Numbered from the whole stretch's first letter, positions 34,624-46,710 are shown. The stretch is 63,997 nucleotides of DNA, filler included, from Olpidium bornovanus S191 (GCA_017911155.1; 33 parts of 33 records of this genome joined end to end with filler, not necessarily neighbours in it); one strand, 5' to 3'. Notes: generated from the letters alone by a model not told the origin. Program-made: numbers and translations.

Positions 34624-35282
34624 TTCCAGTGTGGAATCATAGAAAGGGCCATGGCGGCCATGGCCCCTTGCGGACATGCCTCCTAGCGGTGTTAGGTTCA
34701 TTCCGGAGGCCTGAAAGCGGCCTACNNNNNNNNNNNNNNNNNNNNNNNNNNNNNNNNNNNNNNNNNNNNTTAATTAATTAANNNNNNNNNNNNNNNNNNN
34801 NNNNNNNNNNNNNNNNNNNNNNNNNCCCCCCCCCCCCCCCCCCCCGAGACAAGTGGGATTATTGGCGTACGGCACGGTGAGGGGCAACCGGGCCCCTTTG
34901 GAAGGGGGGGAAGGGGAACTTTTGTGAAAGTGAAGTCATTATTCTCTTCCGGCAAGAATCGTCCCGCCCCCCCTTTTCCTCCCCCTGCGATCCAAACGCA
35001 CTTTTCACAGTACTGTATGTATAAAATAGGACTAGGAGCTTAGAGAATGTACAACGCCTTAAACGGCGCAACCGTCCGATTTTCTGCATCCTCCGTCTCC
35101 CCTCTTGGTTCGCGTACACCGTTGTTCAGGTTTTTTTTTCTTTACTCCTCACATGGCGTATGGTTAATTAATGTGCGATCCAATAAAAAAAATGGCGGTT
35201 TGGGGGGCGGGAGGTGAGGACGGAGGGGGGGGGGGTGTGTTCTCAAAGAGGTTGTGTTGATGAGCGGGGGGAGTGTATGTGT

Positions 35283-37202
35283 CTAGGCTGCCGTTTCCGA
35301 CCTGAGGTGGTTGATCTTCGTGTCAAGGTCCTGTACCAGCGAATCGGCGGCGGTGTAGATGCCGCTGCGGAGGAGCATCTGCTTTTCCTTCTCCAGCCTC
35401 CATATTTCCCCGGCGACTTGCGGGTGAAGCGCAGGCGCCGCCGGCGCTGCCCCCGGCGCAGGTTCCGGTCGGGCGGTGGTGTATGCCGAAGGCGCCGGCC
35501 GGGCGGAAGCCGGCGGGCGCGCGTCGTCGTTCTTGCCGAGAGACGCCTGAGAGGCGGCGGCGAGGGCGGGCTTGTGCTCGAGATGCCCGGTATCGACAGC
35601 CGACGGGGGGGGCGGCGGCGGCGGCGGCGCGGGCTGAGCTCGGCCGGGGTCCCCGGCCGCCGGTCCGGCAGCCCCGCCGGAGGACGCCTTCAGGTCCCGG
35701 AGCTCCCTGCGCACGTCGTCGAGCGCTCGCCGGTCGCTGGCCATGATCTCCTGCTCCTCCTTGGTGAGGTACCGGAGCCGCAGCTCGTCGAGCTCCCGGT
35801 GCTCGCGGCGCAGCCGCTCTTCGAAGTCCGCCTGCTGCCGGCGCCGCAGCTTCGAGAACTCCTGCAGCGCCCGCACCCACTGCGCCTTGTAGTGCCTCTT
35901 GGACCGCGCGCACCCTTCGAGCCGCGCCTCCGCCTCGGCGCGCAGCTCGCGCTCCCGCGCCACCGCCTCGCGCAGGCTCGCCTCGGGCGTCGAGGCGAGG
36001 TTCTTGCGGAACTCGGCGTACTCCCGCTCCATTTCCCGGTGCATCCGCTTGTATTCCCGCAGCTCCTCCGCCGCCTGCTCCCGCTGCCTCTCGGCCTCGC
36101 GCGTGCGCTCGCGCTCCAGCTCCAGCTTCTGCGCGACCTCCTCCTGCAGCCGCCGCGCCGCGTCCTTCGCGTCGGCCAGCCGCCGGGCGTGCTCCTCCGC
36201 CAGCTCCATCTTGCGCCGCTGCAGCGCCTCTTCCCCTTCGACGAGCCGCTTCTCCCGCTGCTCCAGGTCCGTGAGCAGCGTCCGCGTGCGGTCCTCCAGC
36301 CGCAGCAGCTCCTCCGACTTGCTGCGGTGCATCTCCGACTGCTCCTGGTCCCTGCGTTTCCACTCGACCGCCAGCTGCGAGAGCAGCTGCGCCTCGCGCT
36401 TCTGCAGCTGCTTCCGGAACCGGTCCTCCTCCTCCTGCTTCCACATCTCCAGCTGGATCGCCGTCCTGTACTCGGCCGTGTCCCGGATTCCGTCCGTCAT
36501 CAGCGACGAGTCCCCCCTCGTGCATTCCGAGCCGGTGGCGGGCGTGCCGCCGCTCGAATTCCCCGAGTGCCTGTGGTGGTCGACCGGCTCGGGATGCGTC
36601 CTCTCGTCCTGCTGTTGCCCGCCGTCTCCGGCAACCGCCCGCGTCTCGAACGGCTCCCTCTTGCGGGGCGGCTCGTGCGGCTGCAGCTGCGACTCTATGC
36701 GCTTCGCGCCCTTGGCGACCGACGCCGCCACGGCGAGCGGCTCCTCGACCTCCCCGAAATCCTCGAGCGCCAGGATCACGCGGATCTCGCACGCTTTCTG
36801 AAGCTTGCCGTCGTCTCCTTCCGAGATGCAAACGGCGCTGGTCTCGTAGGTGCGCATGAGAACCTTGTCGTCGTCGTCGTCGTCGTCCGGCCGCCCCGTG
36901 ACGCCTTTGACGACAGGGTCAGACCCGTCCACCGCCCTGGTCGTCTGAAGGAGGACAGGCCCGAGCTGGACGCTGGCCACGCCGACGAAACTGTCTTTTG
37001 AATAGGCCCCGCCGCGCGCGCTGTCCCACACCTCGACCAGCAGCGGCACGGCGTCGAGGTACGTCTTGAGCCTGTCCGCGCTCATGACGAATTCGAAGGC
37101 GCAGAACGAATGCTCCAGCCGAGTCTCTGTCGCGCGGCGGACCTCCACGGGCGGGTAGGTGGAGACTGGAGCGGTGGCCCCGAAAGGAGGGTAACTGTAG
37201 CG
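35283..37202 (-). CDS. CEP120: Centrosomal protein CEP120, C-terminal part
   Basis: C2-domain tail, then TAEYRTAIQLEMWKQ...LAVEWKRRD, SKRHYKAQWVRALQE, LRLRYLTKEE and LLRSGIYTAADSLVQDLD, collinear with the CEP120 coiled-coil motifs. Confidence 0.92.
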   Translation of the reverse strand, partial: RYSYPPFGATAPVSTYPPVEVRRATETRLEHSFCAFEFVMSADRLKTYLDAVPLLVEVWDSARGGAYSKDSFVGVASVQLGPVLLQTTRAVDGSDPVVKGVTGRPDDDDDDDKVLMRTYETSAVCISEGDDGKLQKACEIRVILALEDFGEVEEPLAVAASVAKGAKRIESQLQPHEPPRKREPFETRAVAGDGGQQQDERTHPEPVDHHRHSGNSSGGTPATGSECTRGDSSLMTDGIRDTAEYRTAIQLEMWKQEEEDRFRKQLQKREAQLLSQLAVEWKRRDQEQSEMHRSKSEELLRLEDRTRTLLTDLEQREKRLVEGEEALQRRKMELAEEHARRLADAKDAARRLQEEVAQKLELERERTREAERQREQAAEELREYKRMHREMEREYAEFRKNLASTPEASLREAVARERELRAEAEARLEGCARSKRHYKAQWVRALQEFSKLRRRQQADFEERLRREHRELDELRLRYLTKEEQEIMASDRRALDDVRRELRDLKASSGGAAGPAAGDPGRAQPAPPPPPPPPSAVDTGHLEHKPALAAASQASLGKNDDARPPASARPAPSAYTTARPEPAPGAAPAAPALHPQVAGEIWRLEKEKQMLLRSGIYTAADSLVQDLDTKINHLRSETAA

Positions 37203-37379
37203 NNNNNNNNNNNNNNNNNNNNNNNNNNNNNNNNNNNNNNNNNNNNTTAATTAATTAANNNNNNNNNNNNNNNNNNNNNNNNNNNNNNNNNNNNNNNNNN
37301 NNACGGCTCCGATCTGACTTTGTTGACCCGCCGGGACTGTTGCTTCCTACCCTCCTGACCTATTCGGCGATACGGCAGA

Positions 37380-39264
37380 GCGCAGACTTCCCGGGATCGC
37401 TTCCCTGCTTTTTCCGTTCATGGGCGGTCCGGCATCATCCTCGTCACCGGGAGTCTTTTCGCAAAAGGACCAAATGTTGGTCGCCGCGGGCCACCAGGAT
37501 CGAGAATTCAAGCGGGATTCTTCTTCGTCAGCTTCCGACTCGGACGGCGAACGACGGCCAGCGTACACGGCCTGCGACCGCGGAGCGCAGCCGTTCCAGC
37601 AAGGCGCCGTCCCGGAAGGAACTCAGTCAGATGCGCGGACATTACACCATTTCGCAAAATTGGAGCCGCCAACTGACCGGCCGGTGGCGAATGCGACGCC
37701 GGCGGAGGATAATTTCCCCGGCGTAAGCAACGGGCTGCAGGCGTTTGCTGATGACGCCGGAGATGAACCGGAGCACGCCCACCCGGCGCGACGCGGGAGG
37801 AGATCTTTGCCGCGGACGGGACTGCGGCACCCGTGCAAGGTGCCGGGGTGCGAATGGTCATTCAAGCGATACGAGCACTTGAAACGGCACATGATGACGC
37901 ATTCAGGAGAGAGGCCTTTTGCGTGCGCTTTCCCGGGTTGCCACAAGTCGTTTGGGAGGTCGGACAACTTCACGGCGCACGTCCGGACCCACGAGGCCAA
38001 TCGGCGGAAGTCGAGCGTTTCAGGGTTGGACGTGGGTTCGCACAAGCGGCCGGCGGCGGAGACGTCGGAGGAACTGAAGAGGTTCAAGGTCACCGACGAC
38101 GATTCAAGCGCCAATTCGCCGTTCTCCGACGCTTCCGACAACGGCTCCCGCTCCGTGTCTCCGGCGCAGTTGAGTCCGACTGCGAAGTGCTGCTCGATCC
38201 AGATGATGCTCAACGACGCCGCGGTGCCGGAGCAGACGCGGACATCGCTGACGGAGATTGACGGTCCCCCGGAACGCACGAGCCCGACGCAGCAGGCCGC
38301 CGAGCGCAGCGACGAGGAGAAAAAGAACTCCGCGGCCATTCTCTTGGCCTCGATGAGGACGTCTTCGTCGTCAGCTGCGCGGGCGTCGTCAGCTCAGGAC
38401 CGCCGTGCTTCGTACCTAGGAGCCCAGTTCACCTACCCGACCATCCCGCAGCAGGGCGCGCAGCCCGTTTTCGTCCTGCCGCCGCCAGCCACCCAGTTCC
38501 AGTTCCAGCACCCGCAGAGCGGGATGGTCATTGCTGGAGGCGCTTTCCCGCCGGGGTCTTTCGTCGTCCCCTTGGCCCACGTACCGCACCAATCCCAAGC
38601 CCCGATGGAGCCCGCGGTTGTTCCGCTGAACAACCGGCCGCGGTCACGGACGCTGCCCACGATGCCGAACCTTCTTGTCCTCCCCGCCCAGCTCGCGCCC
38701 TGTCCCCCATATGCCGTTCCCGCCGTCCCTCCCGGGCCTTTCCGCACCGCAGATGCCCTGAAGGCGGAGAACGACCCCGCAGTCGCCGGCCGCCACCTGG
38801 CGGGCGCCGGCAGCGGAGCCTCGGGGACGGAGGGCGACGAAGCGGACGCCCCGGCGTCGAAGCCGCACTGCTGTCACCACCCGGGCTGCGCTCGGCGGTT
38901 CAAGCGCCGCGAGCACCTGCGCCGTCACTTGCGCACGCACACGTCCGAGAAGCCGTTCGAGTGCCCCGTGTGCCACAAGAATTTCTCGCGAAACGACAAC
39001 CTCACCCAGCACATCCGCATCCACAGGGGCTCCAGGTCGCAGCAGCGGAACTTCGAGGCGGAAAACGACGACGGAGACCCTGCGGGGTCCCCGGCGGCAA
39101 CGGCGGTGGCGGCGGCGGTGCCGTCCAGTCCCATCTCTGACGACCAGCTGTCCGACCCCTCGGCCTCCGCGCCGTCGTCGCCCATCACTGACGCAGGCGC
39201 CGCCGCTTCCTCCCCACCACCAAAGGCCGCCTCCGGGATGGGCGGAAGGGGAGCGTCAGCATAG
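37380..39264 (+). CDS. C2H2 zinc-finger transcription factor with two separated finger pairs; 5' truncated
   Basis: [19 protein letters not shown]...[19 protein letters not shown] and [19 protein letters not shown]...[17 protein letters not shown] (Msn2/Seb1/Rsv2-like); acceptor at ~37379. Confidence 0.92.
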
Positions 39265-40644
39265 GTTAACACATCTCTGTGCGGGGCCGGCCGGTTTTGT
39301 TCGGGCGCCGGTAGCCCGTCTGTCAACCGATTCGCCCGCGGGTTTCTCCTCTGCGCAGGACTTGATGGGGAAGGAGGACGTGGAGAGGCGGGGGGGCGGG
39401 GCGGATCGGAAAAGTTCCTTAATGCCAGCTATCGTCTTCCATTCCCCCCTTCCCCTCCTTGCACTTTTTCGCCGCCCGAGCCTGTATTCGCTTCCCACCT
39501 TCCCCCCCCCCTTTTTGTGTACATACGTTCTTGACCATTTTTTTTTACCTGGTCTTCGCTCGACACCACCCCTCCCCGTCACAACCCTGTTTCCCTACGT
39601 CCGCGTGCCGCTCACTTTTAATGAGATCGAGTTTTTTCCTTGTTTTTGGTGTGTTTTCCTTTTTCCTTTTTTTTTTTTCGTTTTTTTCTGCGGCGCTTCT
39701 CTCAGCAGATTGTCGGCCCAATTTTTTTTTTTTTTTTTTTTTTTTTGCTCAACCGACTCCCCCCTTCCCCGCCCCCCTCTCACTCCGTGTCGTCTTGCTT
39801 TTCGGCTTAAGAACTTACTTTGGCCATCGCCAATCCTCCCCGCCTCTTTTTTTTGATTTGAAAGCTCCCCCGTCTTCCCTCCCATCTTTCTTCCCCCTCA
39901 CACTCCTTTCCTCCCCTCCCCCCCCCCCCCCCTCCTCCCCCCCCCGCCGCCCCCCCCCCCTCCCCCCCCCCAAACCCCNNNNNNNNNNNNNNNNNNNNNN
40001 NNNNNNNNNNNNNNNNNNNNNNTTAATTAATTAANNNNNNNNNNNNNNNNNNNNNNNNNNNNNNNNNNNNNNNNNNNNGTGTGCACGATTTGTGTGCACG
40101 CCGGCTCTTCGTCCTGATGTGCGACGAGCGGACCGATTGCAGACGAGGTCCACGGAAGCGGGCGGGCAGGGGTCGAAAAGCCCGACGTCCCCCCCCGCCC
40201 CCCCACGTGGGAACAACGACGGGAGAGCCCTTTTCCCAAAAAGAAAGAGAAAAACAAACATCCGTAAGGAAAACGAAACCCAGCGGGACAAACCCCCGGG
40301 CCTCGGCACGGAGCTTTCTTTATATCTCACTTCCTTTTTTTTTTTTTTTTGCGGAAGCGCTTCCTCCTCACTCGCCCTGGCGTCTGACATTCTCCACCGC
40401 CGTCGTCAGCGCGATGGCCTCCGCAAATCTGGCGGCGGGCACCGTCCCGCCAGTGCCCCAGACGCCCGTGCTGCCCGCCTCGACGTACCGGGTCGGGAGT
40501 TTCTCCAAGAATTTCAATGGCTGCTGACGATAATAATTAATTAATGCAAGGCCGAACAACGGCCCTCGCCCATCTCCCCACCACCTCCCTCCTCCCTCCT
40601 TTTGAATATGGCATCTGGTGGCGAAGCAAGACACCTGGTGCGAA

Positions 40645-40717
40645 GCGCGGATAGCTCAAGGTAGAGCATCCCTCAAGGTGTGTGGAAAACGCCCTGAGTT
40701 TGACCCTCGGTCGGGTT
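40645..40717 (+). pseudogene. Degenerate tRNA-like sequence (tRNA pseudogene or SINE head)
   Basis: GCGCGGA-TA-GCTC-AAGGTA-GAGC D arm and CTGAG-TTTGACC-CTCGG T arm (TTT instead of TTC). Acceptor and anticodon stems pair poorly. Confidence 0.55.
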
Positions 40718-41471
40718 TATAACACCCCCCCACCCCTCCCTTCCCCCCCTATTTACCCGGAATTATTTCTCTCCCTCTCTTGCCTTCTTCAAGCGCTTTC
40801 CTGCGCGCCCCGCCAAAGTCCACTCGTCCCCGGCATCTGGTATGCGTTAAAATAATCCCACCGTCTCCCTGGATTTGTACACAATTCCCGGTGCATTGGT
40901 AGAGTTGTGTGTGTGGGGGGGGAGGGGGGGGGGGTGTTTGGGGAGAGCGGGATGTGGAGCAGGAGGGCGCCGGGGGTATGGGGGTGGGGCTGAGCCCGAC
41001 CGCGGAAGGTCTTGGCCTCCTTTGCGCGACTCTTTAGCCGACATTTTTCTACGACGATCCGTTTGCCAAATAAATGGATATACTGAGACCACAGGATTGG
41101 AATCCAGAGGCTTCGGCGGCCAAATGCGTCTGGCGCTTCTCAAAGCGCATCCGGTGCTGCGTTCCGTGGCGGACTTGGGCGCGCAACCAAGCAGTTCCTC
41201 GGTTCTGGAATAACGGCACGAAATTCGATGGCAAATCAGCTCCGCGACAACATGTTGGCCATTATATTCATTACGATCCCTCACAGCGACTACTATGCCT
41301 CTAATATGCGGACCGGTACAACGTGCGGCAGGGAAGGCTTCGAACAAAGAGAATTTCGCCGGAAGAAGAGANNNNNNNNNNNNNNNNNNNNNNNNNNNNN
41401 NNNNNNNNNNNNNNNTTAATTAATTAANNNNNNNNNNNNNNNNNNNNNNNNNNNNNNNNNNNNNNNNNNNN

Positions 41472-42289
41472 CCATGCACCGGTACGCGTCCTCCGCAATA
41501 GCGAACAGGTGGGGTTCAAGATCTCCCCGTTTCTTCCCGCTGTACGCCTGCACGACATCGTGCGAATATACGGCAACGCGCTCAAAAGGGTTGAGCGCGA
41601 TCAGGACGATGCCGGAGTAGGTGTAGATGTTATGCTGCGCATATCGCGTTCTGATATTGTGCAAGACTGCAACGCAGAAGTCGCAGAGTCGGTGTTGGAA
41701 ACCCCTATGACCAATGTCAACGGAGCATCACACGAAAGCCAGAAAGGCCAAGAAAAAAAGAAAGCCGTGGCGCGAACACACCGTACCCGCGGGTTCGTGC
41801 AGATAACTTAAATTCGTCAGGTCGTCGATGCCCTCCAACATTGGGGGGTTCCGGAGGCACGGCAGCGTGTCCGCCGCCGTCCCCTCCTTCCTCCCGTAGG
41901 TGATCTCCGCCACGTGCGTGCCGCCGTTCTCATCTTTGAAAGTGAGTTTCGCGACCTGCAACACAGTGTCGACATCCCGCTCAGTCAGCACCCCTCCAAT
42001 CCAGCCTTCCTGATCATCTCGGAACCAGCACCTGGTGCCCTAAAAGAGCCAAAAGATCGCAGTTATGATGTCAGCGCACAGGCGGGGAGTGGGCAGCAGC
42101 TGCCTTCCCGACCGCGGACCCGGCAAAAAGCACAACGGCTGGCAAGAGAAGCGTTGTGCCGGTTCGGCGGCCAAGTAGGACTGCCCATGCTGCTGCCAGC
42201 AAGGGCGGGCTCCCTCCCCGCGACTCAGCCGCGGTACGGACCTTCTGGTACACCTCGAGGTCGTTCTTGACCTGCGCGGTTGCCGCCAT
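41472..42289 (-). CDS. MYO2: Class V myosin, N-terminal exons
   Basis: MAATAQVKNDLEVYQK|GTRCWFRDDQEGW...LRNPPMLEGIDDLTNLSYLHEPA|VLHNIRTRYAQHNIYTYSGIVLIALNPF...PHLFAIAEDAYRCM. Confidence 0.95.
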
Positions 42290-42662
42290 GACGAAGGGGC
42301 GCGGGTGAGATTTGTGAGCCCCGCCGAGCAGGCAGGCCGGCCGGCTGGCGGTTGCGGGGGGGCGCGGGCGGGGGAGGCCCCGGGAAAGCGAGGAAGATTT
42401 TTTTTTTTGATTATTATTCCCGACGAAACCCGGGGAGAAGGAAAAACCCCCGCCGGAAATCCCGCGAACGCGGAGAAAAAATCCGCCCCCGCGCGCCGTC
42501 TCTTCCTCCTCAGCCCTCCTCTCCTCGCCCTCCTCCTCATCGCACCCCTCTCCGCCTTTTCCTTCCTCCGCCTTCCGCATACGCTCCGCCGGGGCGCTCT
42601 CGCTCTCGTCTCCATCTCTCCGTGCCACTCCCGACACGCCCGTGCACTCCCCTCTCCGCCCG

Positions 42663-42683
42663 ACGCCGCCCCCCCTCCACCCC

Positions 42684-42725
<42 letters not shown>

Positions 42726-42780
42726 CCCCCCTCCCCCCCCCCCTTCCCCCCCCCGCCCCACCCCCGCCCCCCCCCCCCCC

Positions 42781-42813
<33 letters not shown>

Positions 42814-42814
42814 G

Positions 42815-42890
<76 letters not shown>
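42663..42890. repeat. Interrupted poly-C tract between divergent MYO2 and VIP1
   Basis: More than 200 nt almost pure C, flanked by unique sequence on both sides. Confidence 0.9.
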
Positions 42891-43329
42891 CCATTCCCGC
42901 GCCTTTCCCCCGTTGCCGCACCCTCTGTCGTCCGCCGTAGCAAGCAGCCCTTCTTCCTCTCTCGGTAGTTCCCACCGCCTCCGATCCACCCACGCGCGCG
43001 CTCCCTCCGCCCAGTCCTGCCCCCACGCCCTCCGGGATGGAGGCGAACGTCTCCGCCGAGCGACGCAACGGCGTCGGCAGCCAGAGTGGGACTTGCGCCG
43101 GCAGAGCGCACCAGCCGCACCGGCAGGCTGCTTCGGAGAAAAAGCGTCAGTTGCTGGTGGATGGCTTCTCGCGGTGGCTTTTTTTTTTGCGCCGCTCTTG
43201 CCCGGATTTCTAGAATTCCTCCGATCGCACGCCTGCCGGGACCGAACAGGGAAGGTAGCCGCAGCCGTAAACCGTCCAGCGATTACCGACCCGCTTTCCC
43301 CCTTCGCCGTTGACTTCACACAGCTTCGC

Positions 43330-44359
43330 TCGCCGTTTGCGCAATGGACAAGAAGGCCCAATCAAAGCCAATGAGGAACCTGCTCAGCCGCCTGGGCAAG
43401 GATTACGATGTTCACGTCTTCGGCGACAGGGTTATCCTCGATGACGACGTCAACGACTGGCCAGTCTGCGACCTCCTGATCGCTTTCTTCTCCAGCGGAT
43501 TCCCGCTGCACAAAGCCGTCGAATACGTCAACCTGCGCCAGCCCTACTCCGTTAACGACCTCGAATTGCAGGAGGTTCTGCTCGATAGGCGCTGCGTCCT
43601 TACCATCCTGGACGCAATCGGCGTCCCAACCCCGAGACGTTTGGTTGTCCATCGCGGTGTCCCGCCGGCTGTGTCGGGGGCGGTCGTCGACCGCGTCCGC
43701 ACTCAGCTTGGCTGCGACCTTCTCCGAGGCCCTTTCGTGGACAGCGAAGTCTACCAACCGGATGAAGACACCTTGATCGCAAACGGGCAGAAGTTGTCCA
43801 AAAACTTCGTTGAGAAACCTTGCGATTCCGAATGCCACGACATCAATATTTACTTTGCGAAATCGAACGGAGGAGGCGTACGGCGGCTTTTCAGAAAGGT
43901 ACGAGAATTCATCGATGATGACCTGATCGGCAAGCGGACCTGTTGGGGTGGAAATCTGTGAACTTACAGGAAGATCGTGCAGGTTGCCAACGAGTCGAGC
44001 AGATATGATCCGGAAACGCCGACTATTCGAGACGACGGACCGTATATTTATGAGGTGTGCTTGCGCGGTCGACGAGAAAGCGTTCGTTGGCAGCTGTAGC
44101 ACAAGTATAACGTTCATTGATCGCAGGAGCTCATGGATGTGGACAACGCCGAGGACGTGAAAGTCTACACCATAGGACCTGAGTACGCCTACGCGGAAAC
44201 TAGAAAGTACGTGGGAACGTTTACAACATCCGCTTCTTCATGATGTCCGCAGCGCCAATTTCCTGATTGCGTTCCAGATCACCCATCGTCGACGGTCTCG
44301 TTACCCGGAACGACGAAGGCAAAGAGATCCGGTACGTGACGGAACTGTCGCGTCAAGAG
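43330..44359 (+). CDS. VIP1: Inositol pyrophosphate kinase Vip1/Asp1/PPIP5K, N-terminal kinase region; true start upstream
   Basis: [51 protein letters not shown]...[28 protein letters not shown]|SPIVDG. Confidence 0.96.
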
Positions 44360-45309
44360 NNNNNNNNNNNNNNNNNNNNNNNNNNNNNNNNNNNNNNNNN
44401 NNNTTAATTAATTAANNNNNNNNNNNNNNNNNNNNNNNNNNNNNNNNNNNNNNNNNNNNAAAAAAAAAAAAAAAAAAAAAACGAAAAAGGAAAAAAGAAA
44501 AAAACTCAAGCCGGCCCCAGCGGTGGACGGAGACCGTTGCCCAGGGAGCGTTCGCCGTGGAGGTGTTCGACAAGCTTCTCTTGATTATTTTTTTTTGGTT
44601 GGGGAGGGGGGAGAGGGTGCGAAAGGGATAGAACGCTCTGCGCTTCTTTCGTCAGTACAAAATTCACAGTGGAGGCAGTCGCGAGGGTGGCGAAGCGGGC
44701 CGATTTTCGAAACGCGCTGGGTCCCAATGGACGCCTGCTGTCCTCACAACACAGCGTGACGCGACGCGAGGGAGCCGAGGAGTCCCTTACCGCGAATGCG
44801 GCCCCCCGCGCGGGAGCGGCGTGTGCTCTGCGCTCTGACAAGTGCAGCGGCGCTCGGCGCCCGTCCTCTCAAAACCAATTGGCGGCCACTCCACCTCGCG
44901 TGCCCGGGCCTGAAAGGACTGCTGACCTTGCGGCTGAGCGGAAAGCGGGAGGCGGGAAAGCGGTTAGGTGGGAAGTGAGGGTGTGGGGAGGAGGGAGCCG
45001 GGTCGCGCGGAGGGAGCCCGTTTTTGCGCGCGCCCGGGTCCCCCTCGTTCTCGCCGCGGCCCCGCCCCCCGCTCCGCCCCGCCCCTCGCCCCTTTTCCTC
45101 CCAGAGGGCGCGCCTCATGACCTGCGAGGGTGCGCCCGAGTGTATTCGCAGGGTTAAGACGCTTTTTCTCTCTCTTTCTATCTCAAGGCCGCCCCGCCCC
45201 CTCTTCCGCGTGCAGAACGCCTGCTCGCAATTATGGAAGCGACGCGCAGATTGAGACGCGCTTTTCTCGTAAGCCCCGCTGTCGCCATTCCGCACGGGCT
45301 CAAATCGTC

Positions 45310-45372
45310 GGCTGGGGCTTTCTCTTTAGAACCATACCAGGCTGGGGCTTCCTCGTTAGAACCATACCAGGC
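45310..45372. repeat. 30-bp tandem duplication
   Basis: GGCTGGGGCTT(T/C)CTC(T/G)TTAGAACCATACCA twice. Confidence 0.9.
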
Positions 45373-46034
45373 AGAATCGCCAAAGACGGAGCTATCGAGG
45401 GCTGCGGCCGCGGTCACCACGCTCCGGTTCCTCTATCGACAGCCGTCGAAAGAGGCACGGCGAGATGTTCGTCCCCGAGGGCAGACCAAACGCGTTTCCG
45501 CGGCCTTCCGCACGTAAACTTATCCGTGATTCTCCTATTGAGCGCAAACCCGCCGACGCGGCCGCATCGCCCGAGATTATCAGAGAGATGTTAAACCTGA
45601 CCTTTGCAAATGAAACGGGCCGCAGCGCGGCCAAAATGGTGCGTTATGAAACGCGCTGGCTGCTTGCCGCGGAGTGCTACAGTTCGCTTGTGTTTTGCTA
45701 AGAAAGACAGACGTTCTTCTGTCCATTTAAAAAAAAATGCTTGTTTCCGCTCGGTTTTTGCAGTCGCGCTCTCGTGTATCGACAACGCCTACGAGCCGGC
45801 GGGCCTCTGGAATTTCTCGCTTTCGTCACCCCACAGCCCCGTCCCAATGAAATCAAAACCCACCTTCGTCGTCCTCCTACAAGTCGAACCTCACTTGTTG
45901 CAATTTCCTTATCTGGTTCGAGCTTTTCCATGGGNNNNNNNNNNNNNNNNNNNNNNNNNNNNNNNNNNNNNNNNNNNNTTAATTAATTAANNNNNNNNNN
46001 NNNNNNNNNNNNNNNNNNNNNNNNNNNNNNNNNN

Positions 46035-46424
46035 CGGGGCCGCCCCAACCGGGCGGGCCGGCGGGGACGCGGAATTGCGGGACCGCTTCGGGCGCTTCAG
46101 CGGAGTCCGACTCCACCGGCCTTGCGGCGGCGCGCCCGGGGCCGCCCCAACCGGGTGGGCCGGCGGGGACGCGGAATTGCGGGACCGCTTCGGGCGCTTC
46201 AGCGGCGTCCGACTCCACCGGCCTTGCGGCGGCCCGCCCGGGGCCGCTCCGACCTGGCGGGCCGGCGGGGATGCGGAATTGCGGGACCGCTTCGGGCGCT
46301 TCAGCGGAGTCCGACTCCACCGGCCTTGAGGCGGCCCGCCCGGGGCCGCCCCAACCGGGAGGGCCGGCGGGGATGCGGAATTGCGGGACCGCTTCGGGTG
46401 CTTCAGCGGAGTTCGGCTCCACCG
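46035..46424 (-). repeat. 102-bp coding tandem repeat, at least 4 units
   Basis: GCGGAATTGCGG recurs at 46069, 46171, 46273 and 46375; unit VESDSAEAPEAVPQFRIPAGPPGWGGPGRAAARP. Confidence 0.97.
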
Positions 46425-46710
46425 GCGCCGCCGCGGGCGAGTCCGCCGCCGCAGACGGGTCGTCCGCCGCGGTGGTGGAAAGCCGGCGGACAGCGGCCGC
46501 GGCCCGGGTGAGCGGGTTGGCCCGTTCCGCGAAGGCTGCCGGCGGGAAACCGGAAACGGCGGCGGCGCGGCGGCGCAGGACCGTCTCCACCCTGGCGCGA
46601 GCCCGCGCCGCGGAGGAGGCGCAGGCGTACGCGGCCGCGGCTTCCGCCGCTCCGCGTACGGCGGCCCGGCGCGGCAGGGCGGCAGCGGCGCTTGTTCCCA
46701 AGAGCATCAT
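46035..46710 (-). CDS. Protein with mitochondrial-presequence-like N-terminus followed by 34-aa tandem repeats; 3' truncated
   Basis: MMLLGTSAAAALPRRAAVRG...VRRLSTTAA is Ala/Arg-rich and acid-poor; the repeats follow. Confidence 0.6.

Noticed and set aside
35214-37001. Long antisense or alternative-frame ORFs overlapping CEP120 and other genes
   Set aside because: Shadow ORFs expected in stop-poor, GC-rich coding DNA.
40079-41371. Possible coding exons on contig 22 (QQPLKFLEKLPTRYVEAG...)
   Set aside because: No recognisable homology; start and splice sites are ambiguous.
42040-43374. Long poly-Gly/poly-Pro ORFs (also at 3758-4015 and 31253-32356)
   Set aside because: They are translations of C/G homopolymer tracts.
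44506-45934. Possible minus-strand gene with SH2- or RasGEF-N-like fragments (FAVRDSS, EKLVEHL)
   Set aside because: No consistent exon chain could be built and the motifs are too short.
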